From: Eledone cirrhosa
Taxonomy: Eukaryota
Direction: 5' to 3'
Assembly: GCA_964016885.1 (NCBI GenBank)
Contig: OZ024742.1
Span: 338,024,001-338,088,000 of the forward strand
Length of the DNA: 64,000 bases
Position numbers and translations under genes: made by a program. The notes below the pieces were generated by a model. It did not search any database and was not told where the DNA came from. It saw only the letters and a program-made list of their open reading frames with translations. The first letter of the stretch is position 1. Every line of letters starts with the position of its first letter. Below are positions 1-13,204 of this stretch, piece after piece.

Positions 1-124
1 TCTCCCTGAGAAGGATGGAAAGTGAAAGAGAGGAAAGGAGAAAGAGATATAGAGGAAGAAATTGACCCCCTCAGTTGTGTCAAAGACATGACAACCTTTC
101 CTGTGCACTTGGTGGAGTATGACT

Positions 125-250
125 ACATTTTTTATCGACCTCGAATGGATGAAAGATAAAGTTGACCTTGGCGGGATTTCATCTTAGAGAGCCGAAACAA
201 ATACCACAAGGTATTTTATCCGATGTTCTAACGACTCTGCCAATTTGTCA
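125..250 (-). mobile_element. Degenerate tRNA-derived SINE
   Basis: Reverse complement of the core shared with 2262-2450 (ttttatcgacc...ggatgaaag...aagttgaccttggcgggattt). Confidence 0.7.
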
Positions 251-597
251 ACTACAAGTTTATATTTCATAAATAAAAATTTCCCAATTAAAATTTTCTC
301 TCAAACAAAAGCACCATTGTAGACTACAAGAATAGAATTCATGATAAATGCTCTCCAATATGTACTTATTAGTGAACAATAAATTTAAATTTACAAAAGA
401 ATTTCTCACATTTCAGACAAGTTTTCCCTCCTGTGTGTATTGATTTGTGTTTTATTAAATTACTGTTAGTAATGATTTCCCCGATATTTCAAATGTTTCC
501 TTTCAGTGGAAACATCTTACAGTTTTCAATGAAAAATTTCCTACATATTTCACAGTGAAAAGGTTTTTTTCCAATGTGTATTCTTTTGTTTAGTTAA

Positions 598-862
598 TCC
601 TTTTATCATATTTCTACTGACAAACACTACCTATGATTTTCAAATAATTTGGAGGGATACAGTAATATTTCTCAATATTAAACTGGCTTTAGAAAATAAT
701 AAAATTTAACTCCTTCTATCAGGAAAAACAGACATTAAAACGACAATGATGATGATTGCTTTACATAAAATTATGATGGAATGTTTAGATATGAATATGA
801 ACAATTTAAAACAAACAGCTTGGCATCATGCGTAGAACCAGGGTGGTTTCATATCAAGAGGG
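598..862. mobile_element. TTAA-targeting MITE (piggyBac-like ends) inserted in the zinc-finger pseudogene
   Basis: TTAA at 594-597, decayed (T)CC...GGG ends. Removing it rejoins the finger SSSV-LTK. Same family at 28923-29478 and 60568-60959. Confidence 0.6.
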
Positions 863-1293
863 CTCAGACACTACTACTTACAGAATATTTCCCCACATAT
901 TTCACAGTGAAACAGTCATTCTTCAGTGTGTATTGTTTTGTGATGTACAAAACGAGAACTCTTAGAGAAAGATTTTTCACATATTTCACAGTGAAAAAGT
1001 TTTTCTCCAGTGTGACTACGTATGTGAACAATAAGATCATAATTATTAAAGAAAGATTTCCCACATATTTCACAGTGAAATGATCTTTCACCAGTGTTTT
1101 CTTGTGCCTTGTTAAATCACTGTTATTGACATAAGATTTCTCACATATTTCACAGCAAAACGGTCTTTTCCCAGTATGTAGTAACTTGTGCTTTGTTAAA
1201 TTACCACCAGAGAAGAAATATTTCCCACATATTTCACAGTGAAATGTTTTTTCTCCATTGTGTGTTCTTTTGTGACTTACAAGACGACAATTC

Positions 1294-1630
1294 TGTAGCA
1301 GTGGCCTCCCTTGTTGTGACTCACAACCCCAATAGATTAACAACATCTAGACGGGAAGTAGAACCCTTTCTGTAACATCCGGTCAGAACCCTATAAAACT
1401 AACAACTTTAAGTTCTCACCCTCTCATTAGCCCTTCCGGCGCCTGGCCTTCGCCAGGCGTCTTCTGCCAGCCTGCGTTTGCCTGGCAATCAAAACGGTAA
1501 CTACTAACTTTGCTTCATTCTTTCTTTTATTCATTGACATGTCAACTATACTGTTAAATTGTTGATTAAATATTATACACACAAACCATGTCTCCTTGTT
1601 ACATTCATACAACCCAGTATCTTCGCTATA
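1294..1630 (+). mobile_element. Solo LTR (Ty3/Gypsy-like)
   Basis: TGTAGC...GCTATA termini (decayed TG...CA), 4-bp TSD ATTC (1290-1293, 1631-1634), TATAAAA near 1392 and ATTAAA near 1565. Excision restores the finger [21 protein letters not shown]. Confidence 0.8.
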
Positions 1631-2048
1631 ATTCCAAATAAATGATTTTCCACATATTTCACAATGATGTAGTTTTTCTCCAGTGTGTTTTCTTTTGTGA
1701 CTTGCTAAATTCCTATTAATAACAAATGATTTCCCACATGTTTCACAGTGGAAGGGTTTTTCTCCAGTGTGGATTCTCTGGTGTTGTGTTAACATACTGT
1801 AAGAAACAAAATATTTCCCACATGTTTCACAGTGGAACAGTCTGTCTCTAGTATGTTTTCTTTTGTGAACTACATGACTGGTACTAGTAGAGAATGATTT
1901 CCCACATACTTCACAGTGATAAGGTTTTTCTCCAGTGTGAATACGTATGTGGGTAACAATATTTGAATTACTAACAAAACATTTCCCACATATTTGACAG
2001 CGGTAGGGCTTATCTCCAGTATGTACTCTTTTATGTTTTGTCAAGTCA

Positions 2049-2450
<402 letters not shown>

Positions 2451-2465
2451 TTTTGTGTACTGATG

Positions 2466-2648
2466 GGTGGATTGGCAGAATTGGTAGAGGGTTGGACATG
2501 CTTTCCAGCATAGTTACGTCCCTTTACGGTCTGAGTTCAAATCCTGCCAAGGTTAACTTTGCCTTTCATCCTTACGAGGTCGATAAAATAAAGTACCAGT
2601 AATGTACTGGGTAATTGCTGGCCTTGTGCCGAAAGTAGAAACAATTAT
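2466..2648 (+). mobile_element. tRNA-derived SINE, copy 2 (tandem)
   Basis: Same A/B boxes and core. Flanked by the duplicated target ttatttttgtgtactgat. Confidence 0.85.
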
Positions 2649-3209
2649 TTTTGTGTACTGATATTTTTTTAGAAAACCTTTTCCTACAACGCAAAAGTTT
2701 CTCACCACTGTATGTCTGGGTAACCGTTTTATTAAGAGTGTCCATGTGAACGACGCCCTCCATATCAATTCTTGGGAAATTCTTAAATGTCTGTATGTGT
2801 ATTATGATTCAATTTCTTGTCTTCGATATCATGGACTTCTCATTACATGTTACATGTAAGATATAGATATCTGGGTTCATAAAAACTTTGCAAGGGAAAT
2901 TTGGTAGATAGAAAGTTTACGGATGCCCGTAGTGTGTGTGGTGTTAATCAATCAGGATTGTTCACCATAGATTGATGTAAAATGAACAATGTGTATTGTG
3001 ATGACATAAATAAATCACAGACACATCCAGCACTCTCCGTGAGACATGGAACACTTTGTTTTTCCACTTAGCTTCAGAAATTTAGTTGATGCAATGGTTA
3101 TCAACACAATTTTTAAACTGTATTAGATATACCGTATAATTTTTATCATTTTCTTTGATATTAAATCATTCGATTTTAATCATTATGCTTTCAAATTAAT
3201 TTTCATTGA

Positions 3210-3398
3210 TAATAATTGTTTCTACTTTAGGCACAAGGCCAGCAATTACCCAGTGCATTACTGGTACTTTATTTTATCGACCCCGTAAGGATGAAAGGCA
3301 AAGTCAACCTCGGCGGGATTTGAACTCAGATCGTAAAGGGACGTAACTCTGCTGGAAAGCATGGCGTCCGACCCTCTACCGATACTGCCAATCCACCG
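3210..3398 (-). mobile_element. tRNA-derived SINE
   Basis: Reverse complement of the 2466-2648 family. Confidence 0.85.
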
Positions 3399-3984
3399 AA
3401 ATAATGTTCATTCAGACTTTTAATATATATATATATATAAAGTAACGTTCACTTTCTTTTAAATTAAAATTAACGCCGTATCGTACCTATTGTCATTTTT
3501 CTCTGTAATTTGAAGGGCAAGTGAAATTTTAAGAAGAGTTAATAAATTATTCGCTCATTAAAATCCATTTTTCTATAAAATGGGGCGAAAACAATTTATA
3601 ATGTAACATAAGTTTGTGACAAAATGAAATGGTGATAGAAGAGCCATCTTTGTAGGACGCTGCATGTTATCCACAAACATGAAACAGACACAGCACACGA
3701 TGTAATTAAATTTGTCGGTGTCGTTGATAATTTTACCCCCACCAATAATAGCACTATCGACGTAAGTAAAAAGTGCACAACAGAATTTAATGGATTCAAA
3801 AATATGTCTTCAATTATATCAATTTGCTCCTCCCTTGCAATTGAATATAACTTATATATAATATCCCAATGAGATACCTGACAGAATAGAACAAAGCTTC
3901 ATCACCGAGGGATTAAAATTCATCCTACAGAACAACTTTTTTGATTTCGATGGCAATACTTACAAGCAAATATCGGGGACTGCG

Positions 3985-5169
3985 ATGGGCACAAAAGCCG
4001 CTCCAACTTATGCCAACTTAGTCATGGCATACTTAGAAGTCCAGATATATGAACAGTCCAAATCAAAATACGGATTGAACTTCCACAAATATTTATCAGA
4101 GAATTGGAAACGCTACTTGGATGATTGCCTCATTCTTTGGTCCCACACACTCGACCAACTGAAGGATTTCAAAAACTTAATAAACGGCATCAATAACCAC
4201 ATCCAATTCACAATGGAATACAGCCAAGATCAACTCCCATTTCTGGACATCTTAATCACAAAAAAAGACACAAATATCGAAACTGACATACACTACAAAC
4301 CAACAAATTCCAAACAATATCTGCTATTCACCTCCAACCATCCAAAGCACACGAAGACGAACATTCCTTTTAACCTAGCAAGAAGAATTTGCACAATTGT
4401 CTCCAATTATGAAACGCGAAATAAAAGACTTCAAGAATTAAAGGAAATTCTACTTGAGAGAGAGTACCCACTATTACTAATAAATAATGGAATAGAAAGG
4501 GCTAAAGCAATAGGCATTGATGAATTATGGAAACAGAAACAAATTCAAGGTACGTCCAATATTTTATCATATATCTCAACACACAACCCAAGAAATGCGG
4601 AAGCTTACAACACTATTCACAATAACATCCCACTACTAAAACAAAACCCAAGAATGAAAAAAGCCCTTGAAACACACAAAATAATCAAAAGCAAAAGACA
4701 ACCAAAATCACTGAAAACATTACTCACCAATGCCAAATTACCTACCACAAACCCACAACCAAGTATCAAAAAATGTGGTCGCTCTAATTGTGGAACCTGC
4801 ACCCACCTCATTGAAGGCAACACGTATACATTTAAATCAGGACAAAATTTTACTGTAAAAAATCACTTCACTTGCTCATCAAAAAATCTAATTTATGCCA
4901 TTAAATGTAAAGGATGCAATGAAGATTATATAGGACAAACTAAACTCACACTCAGAAACAGAATGACAGTTCATCGCCAACAATTACGAGATCCAACCAC
5001 GAGACAGATACCACTAAGTGCACATCTAGACATTTGCGCAAGTAATAAGACACCCAAATTCCAAGTCTTCCCATTTTACCTTTGCGCTAACAATACAATA
5101 GAACAAATGCGAATAAATAAGGAAAATATGTTTATTCAAAAATATAGACCAACATTAAATAAGGTTTAA
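3985..5169 (+). CDS. Penelope-type reverse transcriptase (C-terminal part) plus GIY-YIG endonuclease
   Basis: GTAMGTKAAPTYANL, RYLDD, LPFLD, linker CGRSNCGTC, LIYAIKCKGCNEDYIGQT...H...H and terminal PTLN. The frame stays open upstream to about 3866. Confidence 0.92.
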   Translation: MGTKAAPTYANLVMAYLEVQIYEQSKSKYGLNFHKYLSENWKRYLDDCLILWSHTLDQLKDFKNLINGINNHIQFTMEYSQDQLPFLDILITKKDTNIETDIHYKPTNSKQYLLFTSNHPKHTKTNIPFNLARRICTIVSNYETRNKRLQELKEILLEREYPLLLINNGIERAKAIGIDELWKQKQIQGTSNILSYISTHNPRNAEAYNTIHNNIPLLKQNPRMKKALETHKIIKSKRQPKSLKTLLTNAKLPTTNPQPSIKKCGRSNCGTCTHLIEGNTYTFKSGQNFTVKNHFTCSSKNLIYAIKCKGCNEDYIGQTKLTLRNRMTVHRQQLRDPTTRQIPLSAHLDICASNKTPKFQVFPFYLCANNTIEQMRINKENMFIQKYRPTLNKV

Positions 5170-6207
5170 TATACATTATGTCAACACCACAATATGACAT
5201 ACACACACACACATAACACCTTCTACTTTAGAAAATAAAAACCCGAACTAAATAAACCTTAACATACGTTTGCACTGGCAATACAACAGCAAACACGAAA
5301 AAGTCAGGAAAATATGTTCATTCAAAAATATTCCTACTAAAGGAATCATTTTCCTACACACACACATACACACACACACACAATATATATATATATATAT
5401 ATATTCTCTTCATCTTAACATGCTAACCATACTCCCACACACATAACACCCATACACACACATAACAACCCCCACACCTACAACACCCTCCCCATTTCTA
5501 CTAATAGAACCACTTTCCTACACACACATATATATATACACACACACAAAATATATATTCTCTCCATCTAACATACTCGCACACACACACATAACACCCA
5601 TATACACACACACACAACTCCCTCCCCCATCTCTACTAATAGAATCATCTTCCAATACACACATACACACACACACACACATATACACACACAAGCACAC
5701 AAATAAACACATATCTTCAGTCTCAATAGAAAATCTGAACTCTGACACCTGAACTCTGACAGCTGGCCATATTCACTGAACCAGAACATTTCTCCCAATC
5801 CCTTTTCCCTTGACCACTATCTCTCCATTGTCATAACATTCACTATAAAGACTACAGAATAGTTTTCCAAATAAGGGCGCAAAAATGTAATGAAAACTTG
5901 TTCACGTGACAGCCAAATTTCATTTATAACCAACCAAAAAAAAGCCTTCGTGAGCCTCATTTTTTCAAGTAAAAAGAAATTCAAACACTCATATACGAAA
6001 AAAACAACCTGTGACAACCCCCCCCCCTCTCTTATTTGAAGAACTATTGTAACGCGAACTGGCGCGAAATTTATTATAATTATTGACAAACCAATCAAAT
6101 TACTTCTCGAAAAACCTGGCCTTCGAGCCACCTTTTCCATATAAAACAAGTAACATTTAGAGACCAACCAGATGTGAGAAAAACCACAGACCCTCCATCT
6201 CAACTCA

Positions 6208-6245
6208 CCTTTTGAAAAGCAGAAGAACTGCGAAACCGGTAAAGG
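6208..6245 (+). ncRNA. Minimal type I hammerhead motif (U3-A8 variant)
   Basis: CCTT|TTGAAAA|GCAG-AAGAA-CTGC|GAAA|CCGG|TA|AAGG. Confidence 0.8.
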
Positions 6246-6376
6246 AACCAAATAAATATATATATTTAAAAAAAAAATAAGACTTCAGTTGCATTTTCGA
6301 TTTCATCCCTTTTTCTTTATACTTCCACTCGTGTAGGACACCTCGGTTATTTTTCATTTTGTAAAAAAAACCTCAC

Positions 6377-6452
<76 letters not shown>

Positions 6453-6665
6453 CATATTAAATATGTTAGAATTATGTGCTTCTCAATAAATAAGTTCAAT
6501 AGACATTATCCAGAGCAATAATAAGTCAAATGTAGAAGATATATGTATATATATATAGAGAGAGAGAGAGAAAGGACTATATATCCAGAGAAGATACATA
6601 TTACAAAGAAGAATATATACTCAAGATGGAATCAATAATGGTCCTATGTCTTCTACATTTGACTT

Positions 6666-6708
<43 letters not shown>

Positions 6709-6747
6709 GATATTAATAAATGGAAACTATATTTATAAAACCATATT

Positions 6748-6812
6748 TATTTCATTATACATATTTCAGGGATACCAAATTAAATTATGGTACGCCTTCA
6801 TCAGACAAAATA
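6748..6812 (-). ncRNA. Type I hammerhead motif, family B copy 1
   Basis: Minus strand: TATTTTGT|CTGATGA|AGGCGTACCA-10nt-TGGTATCCCT|GAAA|TATGTA|TA|ATGAAATA. Confidence 0.82.
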
Positions 6813-7418
6813 CAATATATAACAGTTTTACAAATAAGCTTTGACGTACCCTTTTAAAATGCAACCATTATTTTTGGAAGCCATCCGGATAGTGAGTTGT
6901 TTATATTATTTTAATAAGTCATAGTGTTAAGGACAATTAGAAAAAGACGGAGAGAAAGAAAAAGACGGAGAGAGAGAAAGGAAAAACGTGGAGAAATATC
7001 GGAGAGAGAGAAATGCATGGAGAAAAAAGAAAGAGATAAATAAAGACAGGAGGAAAGAAAGAAAAAAGAAAAAAGGAAGAAATAAGAAAAACAGAGGAAA
7101 GCAACAGAGAGATATTAAGTCATCAGACAGATAGAAAAACTCAAGAGAGAGAAATATTATATAGAGAGAGGGGGAGATAATGAAAACTTTACGTCATGTC
7201 ATATTAAGTTGAGTTAACAATTTATATGAAATGAATAATAAAAATATAAATATTAATATTCATGAATGGGACATAGATATATAATATGAGAAATTAAACA
7301 TTGTTTAATAATGACTATATGTTTAGTTTAAAACTTGAGATCAATATACCAAAATTTTGGGTTTAATCATCCAAAATGTACACATTGTTAGAGAAATCAG
7401 TATCTTAGGCAAAGACAC

Positions 7419-7449
<31 letters not shown>

Positions 7450-8169
7450 CGCACGTCCTGAAAATAGAAATTATATTTACTCAAGTCAACAATATAGACA
7501 TACAAAACGCAGACGATTTCTCTTAATCACTGCTATACATTCCTTGTGTTATAAAAAGTTCACAGTACATCTACATAAATATATGATTACCTTTCATGTC
7601 TTCATATATACGATTACCATTCATGCATTTAACATTCTGTTAAAATTATGCATATCTGCAATCAAAACTGCGTGGTTAGGCAACATATCTCTTACCCACA
7701 CACATACATATACATATATATATATACATATATATATGTATAAATAAATATTTGCGTGCGTCTTCACGCATCACTCATGTATACATACAGACATATATAC
7801 AATCATAAAAAACCTATAACACTTTTATATGCATGTTAATACACACATACACATTTGTATAGAGATAATCAAATATCAATATATTACTAAGGATTATACT
7901 TTGGAAATATAATTATAACAATATAAATTTAAAATACCAAAGGATTATATTTTGGAAATACAATTATATCAGTATAGTCAAAAGGACAAACGAATTCTAG
8001 AAATATCAAAGCATTAAATATCTTTAAAACACTATAGAGTATCTTAAGTTAAAATAATATGTTTCATATATTTAGTATAGAAATTTATCCTACGTATATT
8101 TCAATCAAGATATTGAAAGGGTAGACTTATGAAAATTATGAGAAGCTATCAGAATCAAAACAAAACTAA

Positions 8170-8345
8170 TAAAAATAAATAAAAATAAAAATAAAAATAA
8201 AAATAAAAATAAAAATAAAAATAAAAATAAAAATAAAAATAAAAATAAAAATAAAAATAAAAATAAAAATAAAAATAAAAATAAAAATAAAAATAAAAAT
8301 AAAAATAAAAATAAAAATAAAAATAAAAATAAAAATAAAAATAAA
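8170..8345. repeat. (AAAATA)n microsatellite
   Basis: Near-perfect hexamer run. Confidence 0.95.
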
Positions 8346-8628
8346 AGTTAAATAAATATTATATCAATATAATTTTAAAATTTTAAAAATTTAAAAAAGT
8401 TTAAAAAATTTAAAAATTAAAAAATTTAAAAGATTTAAAAAACCCAAGGATTCTACAGATATCCTTATATTTAGTATAGAAATTTATCTTACGTATATTT
8501 TATTTAAGACATTGGAAGTATAGACATTTTAGAGTAGTTTATTATATCTATGTTTATATTTAGGAAGAAAGTTTATATATATATATATATAATATATAAG
8601 ATCAAAAGATGGTTAAAAGAGTTCCATG

Positions 8629-8699
8629 TATTTTATTATGCGCATTTCAAAAAAAAATATCATCATGTAATAACATTTGTGTTTTCATCAGATAAAATA
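8629..8699 (-). ncRNA. Type I hammerhead motif, family C copy 1 (stem II decayed)
   Basis: Minus strand: TATTTTAT|CTGATGA|AAACACAAA...TTTTTTTTT|GAAA|TGCGCA|TA|ATAAAATA. Confidence 0.72.
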
Positions 8700-9365
8700 G
8701 GAAGATATGATATGAAGGTTAAAAAACACTTGTGGATAGTGCAGTTTTAAATCAACATATGAAAAGTAGTTTTAGATTGATGTGTGATATTGGGGAAAAA
8801 AATGTTTCAGGGGGGGGGGGGGGAGGTTGGAAAGGATGAAAAAGAGGAGGAGATGAGAGTAAAAAGTGAAGGGGGAGGAGTATAATGAGGAAGGATGAGA
8901 TAGGAGGAGAGATGGGTGATAGAGAGAGAGAGATAGCTTTTATAACTGAGAAAAATATATTGTTTTACATAGAGAGGTTGAAAAACCGTTGGAAGATAAT
9001 ATATAAATTAAAAGAATTTGAAAATTAACGAAGAGAAAAATAATGTAAAGTTAAGGTTTGTATATTGAAGGGTTTAATAATATGTGCGATGAAAAGAAAT
9101 TGTTAATATGTATTAAGAATAATATTTAAGGGTTTAATAATATGTGCGATGGAAAGAAAATGTTGATATGTATTATTAAAAATAGCAATAGTAATGTAAG
9201 TAAGGATATATTGTGAAAAAAGTAGAAGATAGGATGAAACATGAAAGTGAGAAAAAAATAATGAATTGAGGATGAATAATCTAACGTCAAAAAAATGTTT
9301 ATGTTTACGAAGGATTTTTTCAAGGTGATATAAAGTAAGAATATATTGTATTGTGTAATAATTGT

Positions 9366-9428
<63 letters not shown>

Positions 9429-9913
9429 AGATAATATAAATTAATATATATGATAAACACAGATACCAACATATCAGTGTTTGTATTGTAAATGACTAAG
9501 TTAGCTAGATTGAAAAATACTAATTATAATAATACAGTTTGCCTGTCTCGATTTAAAATAATAAATCAATAAAAACAAACCATATTGGCAAATAGCCGTG
9601 GTACTTAGACAAATTTAAATTTCAAAATCAAACCTGTTCCGAAGATAAGTTTAAACTTTAAAATCCCAATATGTTTCGATAAATGAAAAAGTGAAAAAGG
9701 TGAAAAAATACCACAATCAGATCTCCTCAATAAGTACCCTGAAAAATTGGTGTTTCACTTCAAAATATTTAAAAAGACTGATTAACGCACATGGTTTTTC
9801 AGTTTCTAGCTGCCGCATACTCGTGCTGCTAGAAATAACAGCCGTTTATATGGGGCTAAAGTTAGCTCAACATAAGGAGCAGTGATACTATATATATATA
9901 TATATAGGATTTT

Positions 9914-9971
9914 TTCATTTTGAGGATTGAAAGCAACATTTTTTGCTTTTAAGAAACCACTGGTAAATGGA
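9914..9971 (+). ncRNA. Type I hammerhead motif, family D (U3 variant)
   Basis: TTCATT|TTGAGGA|TTGAAAGCAA-CATTTT-TTGCTTTTAA|GAAA|CCACTGG|TA|AATGGA. Confidence 0.65.
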
Positions 9972-10189
9972 ATAATTGCCTTATGTTGTTTATTACATAA
10001 CTATTAAGCTCTGTTACCTACATAGAGCACTCTTTTTTCCTGGACTTTTCCGACGGAATTACTTCATTCATACATATATATATGTGTAGAGGTTATATTT
10101 AATTTGTTGGGATTCCAGGAGATTCCAACCAGAATGGTTGCATTTTTTCAGGGTATGTCAATATTTATTTATAAAACTAACCTATATTA

Positions 10190-10255
10190 TATTTTATCTG
10201 ATGAAAGCGCACCATAGTTTGCCTTGGTGGCCATTGAAATATGTATAATGAAATA
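10190..10255 (+). ncRNA. Type I hammerhead motif, family B copy 2
   Basis: TATTTTAT|CTGATGA|AAGCGCACCA...TGGTGGCCATT|GAAA|TATGTA|TA|ATGAAATA. Confidence 0.75.
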
Positions 10256-10293
10256 AATATTGTTTTATAAATATAGTTTCCATTTGTTAATAT

Positions 10294-10370
<77 letters not shown>

Positions 10371-10534
10371 AATGTTCGGTAAACCCATACGTACATATAA
10401 ATATGTGTGCATGTATGTATATATATACATACTACTGTACGTCTGTACACATATATGTATGTACGTATACATACTTATATTTAGGTATCAGCTGTACTAA
10501 GAGTGAGAAATGAAATTTCGTTTCATTCTTTTCC

Positions 10535-10587
<53 letters not shown>

Positions 10588-10589
<2 letters not shown>

Positions 10590-11358
10590 AACGAGTAAGA
10601 CCCCGACGGCTGAGCTCAAGCTGTTTCGACGGCTAATTCTGGACTAAATGAACATTTTTATCCTGGTACATGAATAGCCGAGCTTCTCAGGGGGTAATTC
10701 CATATATGGTAAAAGTGATTGTCACAAGGATTGGTCAACAGTTTGTTGTTGAGACATAATTCTATCATGGCAATTTGTGGGAGGAAGGGGTAGCTGAACT
10801 TGCCAGTAGAAGAAAGAGGGAGAGGGAGTGGAGGAAACCCAGTCGTGCGTTGATAGTGCCAACTACAGCAGGATCCTAAGGGCAGGAGGTCAAGAAAGTA
10901 TACTAGGGAGGGGGAGGAAGTAGTAACAAATAAGTAAATCAATATGGAGTAAATATATAGAAGAATAATAAGAATGTTAAAAATATAAAAAAACAATTTC
11001 TGGTTACTATTCCCTTACCACAATCATTAAGTCTCTCACTGGTACTGCTAAATTATAGAAAAGGTTACTAGGTGGGACGGAATTGTAGTGAAAGAATTTT
11101 ATGAGTTAGTAGTAATCAACCAAATCTATCTTACAGTGACAGGTCAACGGGTAGGGGGCCAAAATACTAAAGAAACTACTACGAAATAATAATTCAGAGT
11201 CCCGAAACTAATACGAAATAATAATTCAGAATCCTGAAAATGAATACTAATACTATATATAAGGGTGCCGCTACGATACAAAAATTCTAATTCAAACTAC
11301 ATAAATGCTCGTACGATATATATGAAAAATTTGATACGGAAAATTAATTCAGAATCCC

Positions 11359-11390
<32 letters not shown>

Positions 11391-13204
11391 AAAAATACTG
11401 ATATACGAGAAACTAAAGCAGAGATACCACTAAGAAAAGTAGAAATCACGGAAATGGGGCAGCCATCGGATAAGAATGCAAGTATCTGGGGTTTATCACA
11501 TCTGCTATAAAAAGCGGAGTCGGCCAATTCTATCATAGAATAGGGGATGGGGTAGGGGTACTGAGGCTACAAAGGACCGAAGGACTGCCTCGGGGTGGGC
11601 TAGAAAGTGAAAAGGACGACGACAAAGAAGGAGAACTGGGGTAGAAGGAGTAGGAAGGGATGGGGGGAAGAAGGAAATATAGAGGAAACGATAAAGAGAT
11701 ATAAAAGAAAATCTTACGTCTACCTTTGCAAACAGGAGTTACCCATTACAAAGTCGGCAAGTGGGGGTGTTACAGCCCTTTCTACCCCACCCACCCCCGG
11801 GTCATTATGGGGTTTGAGGGCGAGGTAAGTCCTACGCAATCTGTGTTTGCATGCAGTTACCAGTTCGTCTTTCTTGTTTAGGAGTTGGTCCGTCGAAAAC
11901 AACATTTGTAAAGTTTCCTCCGAGCATAAATTGCACGGACGGCGTCCTCCCGTTTAAGAGTTGGCTCTGGACAGTAAGCTCCAAGTGAGATCATAGGTAA
12001 TATTGTTATCTTTGAGGTCCCAAATGTAGCCCGAAAGTGTGGTGGCGTGACGCCGAGCCGGGTTTCGGAAAGTATGTCTGTGTTGGTATAGCCGGGTCTT
12101 GAAGTCACATGCGGTTAATCCTATATAAGCTTTGTTGGAGGTGTCCGTCCTCACGTTGCACTGGTAGATCACATTACGATCTCTGCATCTGTTGTCGAGG
12201 GGGAAAATGGATCCATCAGGACAGTTGCACCTCCTGGTCGGCTCTCCACTGCTATTTAGGTTATTTCTTCCATAGGGGTTGAGTTTTTGTTGTTAGAGGA
12301 GACGATGTTTTGTGAAAAGTTAGGTGTGGTGCTGTAGGAGAGTTTGATGGTGTTTTTGTTGATTATGTTGTGGTAGCGGTGTTGTAGTGGGAAGTGTTTT
12401 TCGATGAGCCTAAAGAAGATTTTCCCGATAGGTGTTGTCACCTCGGCGTTGTAGGGAGGATTGAACCATGTTACGTTGCGTGAGCGGCGGTGTCGCCTGC
12501 TGGTTCCGCTAATGGAAGCTGGACAGTAGGATATTTCCTCCCGGAAGCCACTCCGCTTGAGGGCCTGGTTGTAATAAGGCGCATGTTCCTCGAATATCTG
12601 CTCATTAGCGGACAAACGAGATATGCGGAGGGAGATGTTTTTAACCAGGTTATTGGTGATGTTCCTAGGATGGTTTGACCGGCGGTGGATGTAGTGCAGG
12701 TTGTCGTTGGGTTTCCTGTATGGGTAGTACAGGTCATTATCGAGGTCGAGGGTAACGTCCAGGAAGTTTACTCGGGTCAGGGACGTTTGTAGTGTTATTT
12801 TAAATCCCCAGTCGCGGAAGAAGCTGATTAATTGTTTACGGACCCGGTCTGTACTACTGGGGTTGTACCCTTTAAGGTAAGGAGCCCATCATCACGGTTA
12901 AATCCACCGCCGAATGCAGGAAACATATCAGTGAGTTTAACTAGTAGGAATAATCCTATAAGATCTGTGACCTCAGCCGAATCCGTCGCGCCCATGCTGA
13001 CGTCGAAGGGTGAGTCGGGAGCTCTCTTTATCCATTTGGAGTTGTCGAAAATGTTCATTTAGTTCAGAATTAGCCGTCGAAACGGCTTGAGCTCAGCCGT
13101 CGGAGCTCTTACCCACTCGTTCCTATTACCCACTCTACTTCCCTAAGTATTGAGTACTTTGGTGCGTTATGGTCCATCTGGTCCCTTACCACATTTCCTT
13201 CGTT
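10588..13204 (-). mobile_element. 5'-truncated, decayed Penelope-like element (Naiad-like) with 3' pLTR and inverted 5' pLTR
   Basis: Fragments MGATDSAEVTDLIG, NRDDGL, VNFLDV, TWFNPPY, KLSYS, CNC..PL..RC, IYQC..AYIGLT, CNLC..E and LLNK..EL...CKH. 10588-10657 is an inverted repeat of 13048-13123, and both ends abut (TA)n. Confidence 0.85.
10600..10695 (-). ncRNA. Extended type I hammerhead motif in the Naiad-like pLTR
   Basis: Minus strand: ACCCC|CTGAGAA|G..CGGCTA...TAGCCG.C|GAAA|CAGC-TTGAGCTCA-GCCG|TC|GGGGT. Sister copies have CGGC, which perfects stem III. Confidence 0.75.

Larger units (their letters stand above)
3866..6380 (+). mobile_element. 5'-truncated Penelope-like element (Neptune-like) with 3' pseudo-LTR
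   Basis: RT plus GIY-YIG ORF, a long low-complexity 3' region and a hammerhead motif at 6208-6245, ending in (TA)n. Confidence 0.85.

Noticed and set aside
7506-7572. Minus-strand CTGTGA...GAAATCGTC hammerhead-like motif
   Set aside because: The core lacks A6 and stem II is not supported.
8060-9430. Decayed GIY-YIG coding remnants upstream of the minus-strand hammerhead units
   Set aside because: Only a vague resemblance in AT-rich translations. It cannot be supported without an HMM search.
9664-9735. Minus-strand hammerhead-like TTGAGGA...GAAACATATT
   Set aside because: Stem I and stem III do not pair convincingly.
11820-12240. Selenocysteine recoding, as reported for some Naiad elements
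   Set aside because: The Cys positions use TGC/TGT. The in-frame stop near 11954 is TAA, probably a mutated Tyr codon, not TGA.
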